NCBI RefSeq assembly: GCF_009914755.1 | Contig: NC_060925.1 | Direction: 5' to 3' (one strand) | From: the human T2T-CHM13v2.0 reference genome, Homo sapiens | Length of the DNA: 64,000 bases | In this document: positions 44,175-61,159 of the stretch, in pieces | Layout of the letters: every line of letters begins with the position of its first letter | Numbering within the stretch: position 1 is the stretch's first letter | Position numbers and translations under genes: made by a program | The notes under the pieces: generated by a model | Databases searched by the model: none | The model's input: the letters and a program-made list of their open reading frames with translations, nothing else | Told to the model about the DNA's origin: nothing

Positions 44175-47105
44175 TTTTTTCTCCGTGTTTCATAACTTTA
44201 ATAGAATATTCTAACTATTATGTACAAATTGAAAACACTGTATTCAGTTATAAATGTGTTCTAAGGTTAGGCTGAGCACTCTCTACAGGCCTGGTCAGCG
44301 CGGACAAGGCCATCCCCGGCTGCCACAGAGCGCTGTCACCCACTTGGAAACCCCACTCACCAGCCACCAACCGGTCACACCAACCAGGACCTTCAGACAG
44401 GATGAATGGTGGGGCCCAGCAATGGGACTACTGAGAAAGCAGGACTTGACGCTCATATGCTCAAATGAAACGCAGGACTTCCCAGCCCAGCCCCTCACTG
44501 GAGAACACTGCCGAATCCCAACTCCGGCAGCAGGGCGGTGCCTGTGTCACGAGGACAGGCTCGCGTCTTCAGCCCTGGTGGCAGGAAGCAGTGTTTCTTC
44601 CGCACAGCCCTTGCTCCTGCTAGGAAGTGGCACATCTTCCTGCTCAGGTCACCAGGGTGGTTCAGAAATGGCAAGGACGAGCGACAGCAAAAGGCCGCAG
44701 TCCTCACAGGCAAGAAGGGATAAATAAATATGAGGTGACCCGTGGCAGCTCTCGCCTGAGCTGGTGTGCCACAACCCTGACCCAACCCTTAAAAAAGAAG
44801 ATCAAAAAGCAACATCCTAAGGAGAATACGGCCCTACTCTACACGGCCCTTCTGAGATGATTAGCATACAGCAGGTGATGCAGGCTGCACACTCAGCAGA
44901 TTAAGCAGCTGAAAACAGCGAGTGGGTTTCTTCAAATGAAAGGAAAGAATTCAGTCCAACTGCAGGAGTGGTAGGAGAGGTTCTAGATCCCTGGAACCTC
45001 ATCACCAGACCTCGGCCCTTTTAGCCAAGTGATCCCCACCCCATCCCACCCCACCCCAATGGGGTCTATGGGGCCCTCCCGCAGGGAAGGGTCCAGGCAA
45101 GTCCAGAGCTACAGGCACCAAGGCTGCAGAGGGTATTGGACAAAACCTCCTATTTCTGAAATGCATTTCAGTTGCCACTGTACACATTAAGCAAAATAAT
45201 AAGGAAAAAGGAAAAGTGAAAGTGAAAATCATGCACTTGAAAACGATTAGATGGAGTAAGCGCTGTCGACGGGATTGTGCCGCATGCGGCAAAGACTGAG
45301 GCCTCCCGCTACAGGCCCGGAGTCGCGACAGCCGGTCTGCCAGGCGCCCACCTCCACTTCCTACTGCTGCTTGCATTCCGCCGGCTGGCTGGGTTCCTTG
45401 TTGGGATTAATTTCCACCTCATCCTCATCTTCTCCCTCCTCATCACCTTCTAATTCGTCCTCTTCTTCTTCACCTTCGTCAAAATTGTCATCATCCTTTA
45501 AGGCCTCCCCAGCGAAGTACAGCACAGCCTGTGGTCCGCTCACGGAAAAAGTGTCCAATTTCAAAATCAGAGGCTAATACGAATTCAGAATCTTTATCCA
45601 GTGATTCTCCGTCCCCAGATGCTTTCAGTGGATTGAAGAAGTTGAAAAATGACTCATTGGATACTTGTTTGGTAATTGTTCTAACAGTGCCTGGACCCTT
45701 ACGCTTCTGCTTTTTCTTGATGGTTTTGACAGTAACATTCTTTCCTTTCTTCCAGTCAATAGTACACCCATCGCAGTCCATGATCTCAGGACCTGCAAAT
45801 GAAAAGGGATCAGCCTTATCTGGTTCTGATTTCATCTTGCAGGTTTTTGTCAGGACTGAGTTGGCAAAGCAGTCATTGGGTTGAAAGTGGAACTCTTAAT
45901 ATGAAAGACATAGGCTGTCCAGGGTCAGAAAACTTCACTTTAATATCCTGCAGGTATTTCAAGATTGGTTCATCATATTCCTGGACTAATTCACTTAGCA
46001 TATCTACATTTCTAAAGATGGTAAACCAGAACTCTGGAATTCCTTTGGGATTTGGCTCTTCAGCTGTTGCTGCTGCTTTTTCTGTTATGACTACTTTATT
46101 TTTCCTGTCTCCAGCCAATTTCTCCTCCTCTTCATTTTCACGGTGCCATTCTGATTCCATATCAGATGTTGGTTCAACATCACCGGTGATAAATTCTCTT
46201 CTCTCGTCAAAGAGAGGCTGGTATAATGCTGCATATTTTCTTTCCAAGTCATGAACTTCTTCATAGAACTTGGCTTCTATATGAGCGCATCTCACCTGAA
46301 TTTGTTTCAATGCATTAATTCTTCTTTTTACTGCTTTAGGTAAAGTTTCGATGTAGCTGGAAGGGGTGTGAGGGGCATTGTCAAGTCGCTCCTGTAAAGC
46401 TGCCAAAACTCCAGGATTCTGCATCACCTGATCCGTGAGCTTTTCCGTCTTACTTGCATTTTTAGCAGCTTCCACGAAATCTGAAGGAACCCCATCTGAA
46501 AAACTGTTATCTGCCATCTGAATGTTTTTATCCCCTTGTCTGGTAAACCAAGTCCCGTGAGTAACTAGGCTAAGGCACTCAGGCCAGTCCTCGGGGAGCA
46601 CACGCCGCCCATCTGGCTCGCACCGCACAGCTCCCAACAGCTGAGATGCAATGCCAAGGACTTTCTTCCCCATCAGACATGCCCTCGTCCACACGAAACT
46701 TACAATCAAAACCCCAGTTAGCCCAGCCTGACCCCACAGATGCTCACGATGACCATCGCCCTACGGAAAAACTCAAATTCCTAAACATCTAATAAAGAGG
46801 TCCTGGACGTCTCCACCTTAAAAACGGGAAGCCTGAATGCTCCTCCGGGTGCGCCGCGGCCCTCCGGGTACGCGGGGCTGGCTGGGCTAGCGGGAGATTT
46901 GAGCTGCCAGCCCCCACTCGCCGCCCTCTACGCCTCCTCCGCTGGGCCGCCGGCGAGGAAGCCGCCCGCAGCGCAGAACAAAGCGACTTGACCTTCAGGG
47001 CAGTGGGCGGCAGGGCAGGGGCGCACCGGGTGCTGGGAGGGGCCGCTCCAGGCCCCAAGCCCCAGGCCCGCCGCGGCGGCGCTGCCCACCCTGACGAGGA
47101 CGTCT
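44175..47105 (-). pseudogene. NAP1L4P1: Processed pseudogene of nucleosome assembly protein 1-like 4 in CD58 intron 3 (CDS-homologous part 46517-45361)
   Basis: Intronless MADNSFSDGVP...PKGIPEFWFTIF...AECKQQ* split over three frames (frameshifts at ~45897 and ~45535). Full 3' UTR, ATTAAA at 44202-44197, poly(A) remnant, and 10-bp TSD ACTTTTTCTT at 44165-44174 and 47106-47115. Confidence 0.95.
46830..47105. promoter_or_regulatory. CpG-island-like segment carried in by the retrocopy
   Basis: Very GC- and CpG-dense (gcgccgcggc, ccgcggcggcgc), inside the TSDs, with an abrupt switch to AT-rich DNA at 47106. Confidence 0.6.
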
Positions 47106-47887
47106 ACTTTTTCTTGAAAAATGTCTTTCCTTTCCCAAAAGTGACTCTGCTTTGTCTGAAAATAATATAACTTTAATGGCTTTAAGTTATTGTTTGAAAG
47201 GGTTCAGAAAAGACAATAAATGGGAGACTTAGAATGGCTCACCAGTTAAAATCCAAGTTTCATATATTTCTTGTATTTGCTAATTTCCCTTATCTGTTTC
47301 AGCTGCTTGTTCAGAAAAATTTCATTCATAGACTCACCTTATCCCAGCCCTAGAGACTCATATTCTCTATTTGCCCTGGAATCCTGTTCACTATTTACAA
47401 TTATATTATTCTGAATAATAGTATTTACTATTTTCGTCTCTTTTATATTTTAATAAACCACTTTCAAGTCACTGACCTTTTTGTTTGTTAAACTGGGGAT
47501 ATAATGTAAAAAACAGATAATAAAAATTACAAATGTAAATAATACTAAAACAACATTAGAAAATCATAGCCAAGACAGATTGTCATGATATTAACTTAGT
47601 GTTAGGCCTAAGGAAACATATCAAATGCATGTTCCTGTAGTAGATATGTAACCTTTCAGAACATAATGATATTATAACAATATTATAAAGCAGCATTGTG
47701 AATAGTTAAAACCATGGGCTCTAGAGCCAGATAGCCTCTACTCAAAGCCAGGTTCTGCCACTTACTAGCTGTTACCTTGAGCAAACAACTTAAACTCTCT
47801 CTCTGTTGGTTTCTCACCAGGAAACAGGGATAAGTACTAGTACACAACTTATAGGTTGTATGAGGATTGATGTGAAGATTGAATTAA

Positions 47888-48373
<486 letters not shown>

Positions 48374-48389
48374 TTAGTTATTTACTCAC

Positions 48390-48653
48390 CGCTGCTTGGG
48401 ATACAGGTTGTCAAAATGATTGATGATGTTGTATTAAATAATGGATTGCTAAGAGTACACTGTATTTTTTGTGGAAGATCATTTTCCATCTTAAAATATA
48501 TACTGGTTGAGTTACGTTTACATTGCTCCATAGGACAATCCCATGAGTACATTATAAGTCCTCGATGGCTGTTGTAATGCTCTGGTATCATGCATTGGAC
48601 TTCAATGCTTCCATTAGTCAATGCACAAGTTAGTGTGGGAGATGGAAGAGACT
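48390..48653 (-). CDS. CD58: CD58 exon 3 (membrane-proximal Ig domain), 264 nt, phase 1-1
   Basis: Translates (E)SLPSPTLTCALTNGSIEVQCMIPEHYNSHRGLIMYSWDCPMEQCKRNSTSIYFKMENDLPQKIQCTLSNPLFNTTSSIILTTCIPSS. Acceptor tttttttccag, donor G|gtgagt. Confidence 0.98.
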
Positions 48654-48852
48654 CTGGAAAAAAAAGTATAATATTTAGTACAGAAAATAGTAATATTTAG
48701 ACTTATCATCTGCAAATTTATGAAGAGCTCGCAACCTCCTTACAAGCTTGAAAGGATGAGCAGACAAACTCCTTGAGCATCAAGGAGCGAGAATTCTTTC
48801 TTTTGCTAGGTCAGATCTACCTGTTCAAATTTAACAGAATAAATTCAGACCC

Positions 48853-49210
48853 TGATATGGTTTGGCTCTGGGTCCTCACCCAAATCTCATCTTGAATTGT
48901 AATTCCCATGTGTCGAGAGAGGGACCTGGTGGGAGGTGATTGTACCATGGGGGATGGTTTCCCCATGCTATTCTAGTGATAGAGAGTGAGTTCTCATGAC
49001 ATCTGTTGGTTTAAAAGTGTGTGGCAGTTCTCTCTCTCTCCTGCTGCCTTGTGAAAAAAGTGCTTGCTTCTCCTTCGCCTTCTGCCATGATTGTAAGTTT
49101 CCCGAGGCCTCCCCAGCCATGTGGAACTGTGAGTCAATTAAACCTCTTTTCTTTATAAATTACCCAGTTTCAGGTAGTTCTTTATAGCAGTGTGAAAACA
49201 GACCAATACA
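48853..49210 (+). mobile_element. THE1D-like solo LTR
   Basis: TG...CA ends (tgatatggtttggctctg...accaataca), ATTAAA, 5-bp TSD gaccc/ggccc. Confidence 0.88.
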
Positions 49211-49898
49211 GGCCCCAAATCCCTTATCCTCAATTCTTAAATCAAAAAATCTCTGAAGCCAAAAGAGTCTTCGCAAGTTGGTAGCAAAATCGTTTAGCTG
49301 CAAATCCTGACCTGACCTGAATTAACACAAGGATTTGAGTCTTTCTCACTCACTTCAAATATTCATTATCGTTTCACCACAAAAATATTCCTGTGCTTGG
49401 CAGGACACAGTGGCTCATGGCTATACTCCCAGCACTTTGGGAGGCTGAGGCAGGAGGATGGCTTGAGGCCAGGAGTTCAAGACCAGCCTGGGCAACATAG
49501 CAAGACCCTGTCTTTATAAAAAGTTTAAAGATTAGCCAGCCATGATGGCTCCTGCCTGTAGTCTCAGCTACTTGCAACTGCTTGAACCAAGGAATCTGAA
49601 GCTACAGTGAGTTATAATTGTGCCAGTGCACTCTAGCTCACTACACACAGTGGGCTATGATTGCATCAGACTGAGACCTTGTCTTTAAATATATAGGAAT
49701 GAAGTAAATACTTGTTCCTATGCTTGACCCATAGGGTGCTCCCCATAATTAAGTGGGGTGCTTAATATGCAGAGGAAATACTTTGTATTACCTTTCCAAA
49801 ATGTAAAAAAAAATTTTAATTCCATAACACGTCTGACTCAAAGCATTTTGTGAAAGGAAAGTCCATAATACATCTGACTCAATACATTTTGTGAAAGG
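49211..49898 (+). mobile_element. MER46C-like Tigger remnant interrupted by an AluJ-like element (~49400-49690, +)
   Basis: aatcccttatcc...cctgacctga...tattacctttccaaaat resemble the remembered consensus. Confidence 0.6.
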
Positions 49899-52800
49899 TG
49901 GAGCTACACAGAGCCTTGTCGGGCCCTGCCTATTGGTTGGGCTGGACCTGTTAATAGGCAGTGCAGGGAGCAGCATGTGTCACAGACCTGCCTGTCCAGA
50001 GGCCTCACTCCCACCCTTCTTCTAGGAAGTGCCTCCTATTGGCTAAGGCAGCATGGACCTACAAGGATGAGTTAAGACACTAACATGTCACATTCTGCCA
50101 TTGTTGCCCTTTAAAAGCCTCAAGGCTAATTACTTTGTCCTATGAGTCATTTATTTGTTAATTCATATGCCTTCTTGCGTCTCAGCTACCCTCCAGCAAT
50201 TAATCATAAGAGGCCTGAGGAAACATGCAAAAACATATGTAATATACAACAATGGTCATGGTAGCACTGGGATAATAAAGTATTGATACATTATAAACGT
50301 CTACTAAAAAGAGCATTTAAGTAAATTTAGGTTCACCAAGATAATGGAATACTATGTTGTCATTTAAAATGATGTTTTCTAAGACAAGTTAATGCTTATG
50401 CTCCAATTATAATCTGAAAAATAAAAGCATTTAATGGTTCCCCCATCTTCTCCTCCTCCTGAATTCCTTCTCGCTCAGTTAAATAAAGTACCCAGCCTGC
50501 CTTGGTAGAAACCAGAGTCACACACTGACTTCCCTTTCTACTTGGGGCTTCCTAGTTTTTAAGTTTAATCTAGCTCACACAAGTCCTTACATACTTCCTT
50601 AAGATTTTCTTTAATTAAAAAGACTTTTAATCATCTTTTAAGCAGTGGAATTTCTCAGAATTAAATCTTCAGTGGCAATCCAATCCAATGGATAAGAAGT
50701 TGCTCTAGTTGACTCAAAATTGAAAGCCTAGAGCCCTGCTCTCCTAACTTCCTCTGGTCCCTTTTGCCCACCCCACCCCATAGCAGCCCTCAGGGGACTT
50801 CCAAGGAACATGCATCCCCAGAATAGTTCAAAAATGCCTGTTCTCAGTATTTCATATACTTATGCCTGCCTCTGTAACTAGGCTGGGCATTTCTCAGGGG
50901 CAGAAAACCAAGCTTTCTACCTCCTTAGAAATGGTCCTTTGAAGCATTTCTCAAATTTTAAGGTGCCTAAGAATCACCAAGGGTGCTTGTTAAAAATACA
51001 GATTCCTGAGCCCCACCATCCCAGGTGCTTCTGATGTATGTGGCCTGTTTGTTCTGTTGCAGATTCTAATGTATTGATCTAGCTCTGCCAATGTCTAGTC
51101 TTTCATCCAGCACTTTCTGAACTGAACAGAGGTGCATCATCAGCCCCAGAGACTGTGTATCTTTGGAGGGCAAAGACTAGGTATGACTCACCTTTCAACC
51201 ACAGCACATGACATAATGCAAGGCACACAGATGGCTCCTCACAAGCAGTACAGGACAGATGGGGAGACAGATGGATAGAAGGATAGATTCAGAGAGACAG
51301 TCTTCAAATAAAATGTAAATTCTTCTACCCGCTATCTCCAAAGAGGTACAGTATGGTGTTTAGCATGGACTCAGAAGCCCAGCTGCCTGAGTGCATATCC
51401 CAGCTTCATGACTAAGAGCCATTTGACATTGGGCAAGTTACTTAAATCACCTTGTGTCTAGGTTTCCTCCTCTCTACAATAAGGACACAAATAGTACTTA
51501 CTCTATCAGACTGTAATGAGATTAAATGAGTTAACACAGATAATAATCAACATATGAATTAACATGTAGTGCCTGCACAGAGTAAGTACTTAACAAATGC
51601 TAGCTGTAATAGAGCACACGGCCATTGGCTGTGAGTTTCCAACTCCAGGAAGCCGAGGCTCCCCGGAGGGTATGTGATATGATGAGAAGAGTCACTGAGT
51701 AGGAGTTGGGAGGTTTGATCAAGCCTTAGCCTTGGCCTGCTGTGTGACCTGGGGCCACAGTCCTTTTAGGAGCTGGAAGAGTTTTAAGAAAGCATCCATC
51801 CAGGTCTCTTGTTCTACTTACAGAGAAACGGACTCCTAAACTGTCTTATTTTCATCTGTGAAAGGGAATGCTGTATCAGGTCACTGTAAAGGTCAAACAG
51901 AATATGACTGAGTGCCACATGCAGGGTTTGTAAAAAAGAAAAGAAAAGAAAAGAAAAGAAAAAAAACAGAATATGAAAGTAATTTCAGGGGAAACATGAA
52001 GAAGTGTTAGTATTATCTTCTAAGTTGCTAGAACTCCCTTGACTAGGTAGAAGCTCTTTCTGGCTATCTCATTACACAACAGTTGCCAGATGGCAAAGGT
52101 AGAAGTGCCTATCCAACTCATCTAAAAGTGTGCAAGCCTTTCTGCAGCACCTAGATCACAGTTTCTACACCTCAGATCTTTTCCTTCTATAAATCTTTCA
52201 TATTTTCTTGCTGCCCGTGGGACTTACCACAGCTGTATCTAACAAATATTCGTTATACCTCTACTTTAAGCAGCATTAAACTGGCAAGAAATGTGCCTAC
52301 TTCCTCCCTAAGACAATTAGTCAATTTATAATTAATGAATTGAGTTCACTGCTGTGTAAAAAATGAGAATTTCTTACACATATCTGATGACATTTTATAG
52401 AAATATGTGTATATTTTCACGAATTTTAGTAAAGGTCAAGTATCAATCCAGCCCAGTTAAGGACAGGGCAGTTAATTCTACTTACATAAAAATCATCATC
52501 TGAGATGTGATGAAGGTCCATAAAAAGATGGGAAAGGACTAATAAACCTCAGAAGTAGAAATTTTAAGGGGACTTTTGGGTATGGAGGAAAGCCAGATCT
52601 CAATGTACACACAGAAGGAAGTGGATGCCCTGAATTTAGGAAGTGCCAGGAAATCCCCCTGTCCAAAATATGCTCACTGGAAGTCTCCTATTAGGTCTGG
52701 TGTCTCTAGAAGATTACCAGGTTACTAAAACAAGTGTTAACATTACCTCAAGGAAGTATGACTTCCTCTTTTCTTAAAAAAAAAAAAAAATAGTATGACC

Positions 52801-53228
52801 AATCATTTTATCATGCAGATGTGAAACCTAGAGTCATCTTATGTCTTTTTACAACCAAAACCTACATCTTGCAGACTCTTTCTTGGACCCTCTATCTACC
52901 TGGATGATAGTAGCTTCTAACTTGACATCTCCTCTCTTTAATCCATCATAAGTATGCACCATCACATTAATCTTCCAAAAATGTATTTTATCAAGTCACT
53001 TCCTTGCTCCAGTATAGGACACAATGGCTCCCCACTGCTACAAGCTGATGTCCAGACTCTCAAACCAGGACTTTAAGTCCCACACTCAATACTATCAATA
53101 TCACTGCCTCCTGATCAAAACTCACCTCCCCTGTACTTTACTCCTCTGCAGGCTTCCTAAGGTCTATCCAGTTGGTCTGACTAACAAAACCATACCTTTG
53201 CTGAGGTGCCATAGAATATTTTATTTAA

Positions 53229-53533
<305 letters not shown>

Positions 53534-53849
53534 TAGAATATTTTAAATTATTTTAAAACAGTTCATCAAGTTTAAGAGGAGAAATTTATTCAAATGTTTT
53601 GAATTAGTTTTACAAACTCTATAAAAAGGGCTCTTAAAATGTGTGATCTAAATTCTGACTCAATCCTCTTGTTTGTTGGCCCTATCTATAAATTATCAGA
53701 TCCCCAATGTCCATGTTTCAAAGATTCTACTTTTTCAAGGAAATCTTCTAAGAGGATACTTTGACATCTTAGCAAGCTGTATTTGTCTAAATAGAGTCCA
53801 CAGGGGTCAGACCTCACATAGCCTTGCAAGTCGCTTTACACATTTTAGC

Positions 53850-55990
<2,141 letters not shown>

Positions 55991-56066
55991 ACCAGGGAGG
56001 AGTGTCAGTGAGAAGCAGGGAGAAATGTGTCCCCTCTCTCTAGTTTCAGTTTAAAATGGTGCAGGA

Positions 56067-56372
56067 GCTGGGTGTGGTGGCTCATGAGTGTAATCCCAGC
56101 ACTTTGGGAGGCTGAGGCGGGTGGATCACCTGAGCTCAGGAGTTTGAGACCAGCCTGGCCAACACAGTGAAACACCATCTCTACTAAAATACAAAAATTA
56201 GCTGGGCATGGTGGTGCGGGCCTGTAGTCCCAGCTACTTGGGAGGCTGAGACAGTAAAATCACTTTGAACCTGGGAGGCAGAGGTTGCAGTCAGCCAAGA
56301 TTGTGCCACTGCACTCTGGCCTTGGTAACAGAGTGAGACTCCTTCTCAAAATAAATAAATTAATTAAATAAA
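56067..56372 (+). mobile_element. AluS
   Basis: Full dimer, TSD aaaatggtgcagga. Confidence 0.9.
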
Positions 56373-56735
56373 ATGGTGCAGGAGGAAAAACAATCTCCCC
56401 GCTGTGTGGGGAAGCAGGAACTTTATAGAGTAACATCTATCAGTGGAGCCCAAAGAGTTCTAAGCTAACTGCTGTCACTACATCTCTTTCCAAAACATTC
56501 CTAGTAAGACAACTGATACTGTTCTCCCCACCTTGGTTAGATTCTCTCCTCACCCAGAGGAATGACAAAGGAATTGAAAGTAGCTAGCTCCTCTATACCA
56601 GAAAAGGAGAAAACCCTGACAACAGGTAACATCTAATTCTTTTCTCATAGACCATTAATTTGTGCTAGTCTCTGAAAACAGACTAAAAAAATGGAAATTT
56701 GCCATTTTAAACAAATCAACTTATGGAATACTCAC

Positions 56736-57029
56736 CAAGCACATAAAGAAAGAACTTCATGGTATCAGTAATATTTGGCGATTCCATTTCATACTCATCT
56801 TCATCTGATGATGTTAAGTTGTAGATAGTGAGGCTACCTGACACAGTGTCTAAATAAACCCTATTTTTAAAAGATGAGAAAGCTCTGAATTCAGAATTTT
56901 CCAGTTCTGCAACTTTATCCTTTTGTTTTTTCCATAGGACCTCTTTTAAAGGCACATTGCTTGGTACATGGAAAGTTACATTCCCATACACAACACCATA
57001 TATTTGTTGGGAAAAACAGCTGATGAAAC
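56736..57029 (-). CDS. CD58: CD58 exon 2 (end of signal peptide plus N-terminal V-set Ig domain that binds CD2), 294 nt, phase 1-1
   Basis: Translates (G)FISCFSQQIYGVVYGNVTFHVPSNVPLKEVLWKKQKDKVAELENSEFRAFSSFKNRVYLDTVSGSLTIYNLTSSDEDEYEMESPNITDTMKFFLYVL, recognised as human LFA-3. Acceptor ttttctctcctag, donor G|gtgagt. Confidence 0.98.
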
Positions 57030-58319
57030 CTAGGAGAGAAAAAAAAATTGGTTAGAAAAAACAACATGACTTTGGTGGCAGAAATTATTCATCAGGTACT
57101 TTTTGTGCTAAGCTGACAAACTGCTGACACAAAATACAGGAAGTAAGAACATGTTTGACCATGTGGAGCTTACTCTTTAATAGAAAACTGGGACCTGCAT
57201 AAATCCAAGAAATGGACCCGACATTCATGGAGCACCAACCATCTGCCAGGTAGTACGGGCTGGGCTGGGAATATGGGGTTGTTCCAGGCCCTCCAGGAGC
57301 CTCACGTGTGGAGAAGACAGGGAGCAGGCTCTACATCAGGGGCTGCATGAGGGGAGCTGCCTGGTCTAGGGCCTCCCCAAGGAAGTCATGCTGGAACTGA
57401 CATAACGTGCAAATCACTGAAGGATAAAAGGCAGTTAGGCCGCAGGGCTGGGTAGGTGAGTGGGTGGGGAGTGGAAGAAGAGATGATCATACAGATATAT
57501 AGGAAGCAGCACCCCCAAAGGAAGGCCCTGAATGGAGAAAGAGCATGGTGTGCTTGAGGATACACACGTGATTCCTAACAGCTAGAATGAGGAGGGCAAG
57601 GGGTGGCTGGTGGGGAACAAGACAGACAAAGGCCAGCCCACAGCCTATGTGTGCTAAAGTAAGGAACGCTAAGGGTTTGGACTGATCCTAATGGAGAGGA
57701 AGCCACAGAAAGGTTTTTAACAAGACTGGCCTAACATAATTTAAGTGTCAGCAGGCTGACTGTCTTTAGAGTAGAGAGCGGCTGACAGGGGCCAGCACAG
57801 AGGCAGGGAAATTATAATGAAAGTCAATGCTGTAGCAATGAAGTCCATGGACAGGACAGACCAGAGCAGGGTGTTTGTAGTGGGGACAGACAAGCGGACA
57901 GACTCAGGAGATGCTGGAGAGAGAAGTCAACAGGATTCAGTGATGAGGGTGGGGGAAGTGGATGGGACTGTCAGGTCTCCTTGGCTGACTGAGAGGCATC
58001 ATTAACTGAGATCAGAAACAATGGCTGGGAAGCAAGTCGAGGGTGTGATGAAGATTAAGAACTCAGGGATTGGGTGCAGTGGTGGGTTGGAGCCAGGTCC
58101 ACCTGCCCTCATGAGCCAATTGTTAGCATCTCTGCCCAGCCCTATTAGGGAACATCTAGTAACAGCACAGAAACTGACTAATGCTTCACATCAGAACCTC
58201 CATACCAACCTAGTTGTTAAACATTTATTAGAACCACAAGATTGGGATATTTTTGATACCCCAAAGTGGGTTTAAATGCATCTTGCTCTAGGACTTGTCT
58301 CTTGTTAAGAGAGAACAGC

Positions 58320-58612
58320 AGCTGGGTCCTGTGGTTCATGCCTGTAAGTCCAGCATTTTGGGAGGCCAAGGTGGTTGGATTGCTTGAGTTCAGGAGTTCA
58401 AGACCAACCTGGGTAAAATGGCGAAACCCCATCTTTACGAAAAGTACAAAAAATTAGCTGGGCATGGCACACACCTGTGGTCCCCAGCTACTTGGGAGGC
58501 TGAAGAGGATTACTTGAAGCCATGAGGCAGAGATTGCAGTCAGCCATGATTGTGCCACTGCACTCCAGCCTGGGTGACAGAGCATGACCTGTCTCAACAA
58601 ACAAACAAAAAA
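58320..58612 (+). mobile_element. AluJ-like
   Basis: Diverged full dimer with (aaac)n tail. Confidence 0.85.
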
Positions 58613-59216
58613 CTGCAGCTATTTTAAGTTAACATTAAAGAGCAATTAAAATTTGACTGAAGTTTTTGCCTAGTAGCAATTAGGGTAATTGAAATAATAC
58701 AGGGGAAATCAAGAACACTGAATGACCAGTTGTAGACAACTGTGTTAGTAATTTCAGATAAGAAGCAAATATCACCCATTTGTTTATCTACAAGGACTTT
58801 TTAGAACCCATCTCCCTTAATTAAGGGGAACTGCCCTCAAAAACACACCAGCATCTTTCCATTGCTTTGCCGATTATGCATTATTTCCTCCACTCAACAG
58901 AGTATGTGGGAAGGCACAAGAAAAAGTACAGAATTCAAGGGGTGAGAGTCTACCACACACAATAGTGGAAACTCAAAAATGTCTTATAAATGTAAATGAA
59001 ACAATGAGTGATAGAGGGCAGGGTGGTGGTGAAAGAGTAGGTATGAGATAAACTGCCATACCCTGGCGGCATGAAGATGTCTTTTGTCTTTCCCAGGGAG
59101 AGCTGATGTATCCTGGGCTTGAGAACAGTAGAAGAAAGTAGTCAGGAATGGAGCTAGTGGTGGAGGGAAGTGAGGGTAGAGAAAGGGGAGACTGCAGCTC
59201 AGAAGAAATCAAAGTA

Positions 59217-61159
<1,943 letters not shown>

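Noticed and set aside
45531-46254. + strand ORFs over the pseudogene
   Set aside because: Antisense shadows of the NAP1L4 coding sequence.
46674-46709. 278-aa ORF start at 46709
   Set aside because: It is a TTG start in the retrocopy leader. The parent-homologous ATG is 46517.
56716-56991. 91-aa and 79-aa (48382-48621) ORFs as stand-alone genes
   Set aside because: They are internal CD58 exons read past their donors, and the listed starts are not real initiators.
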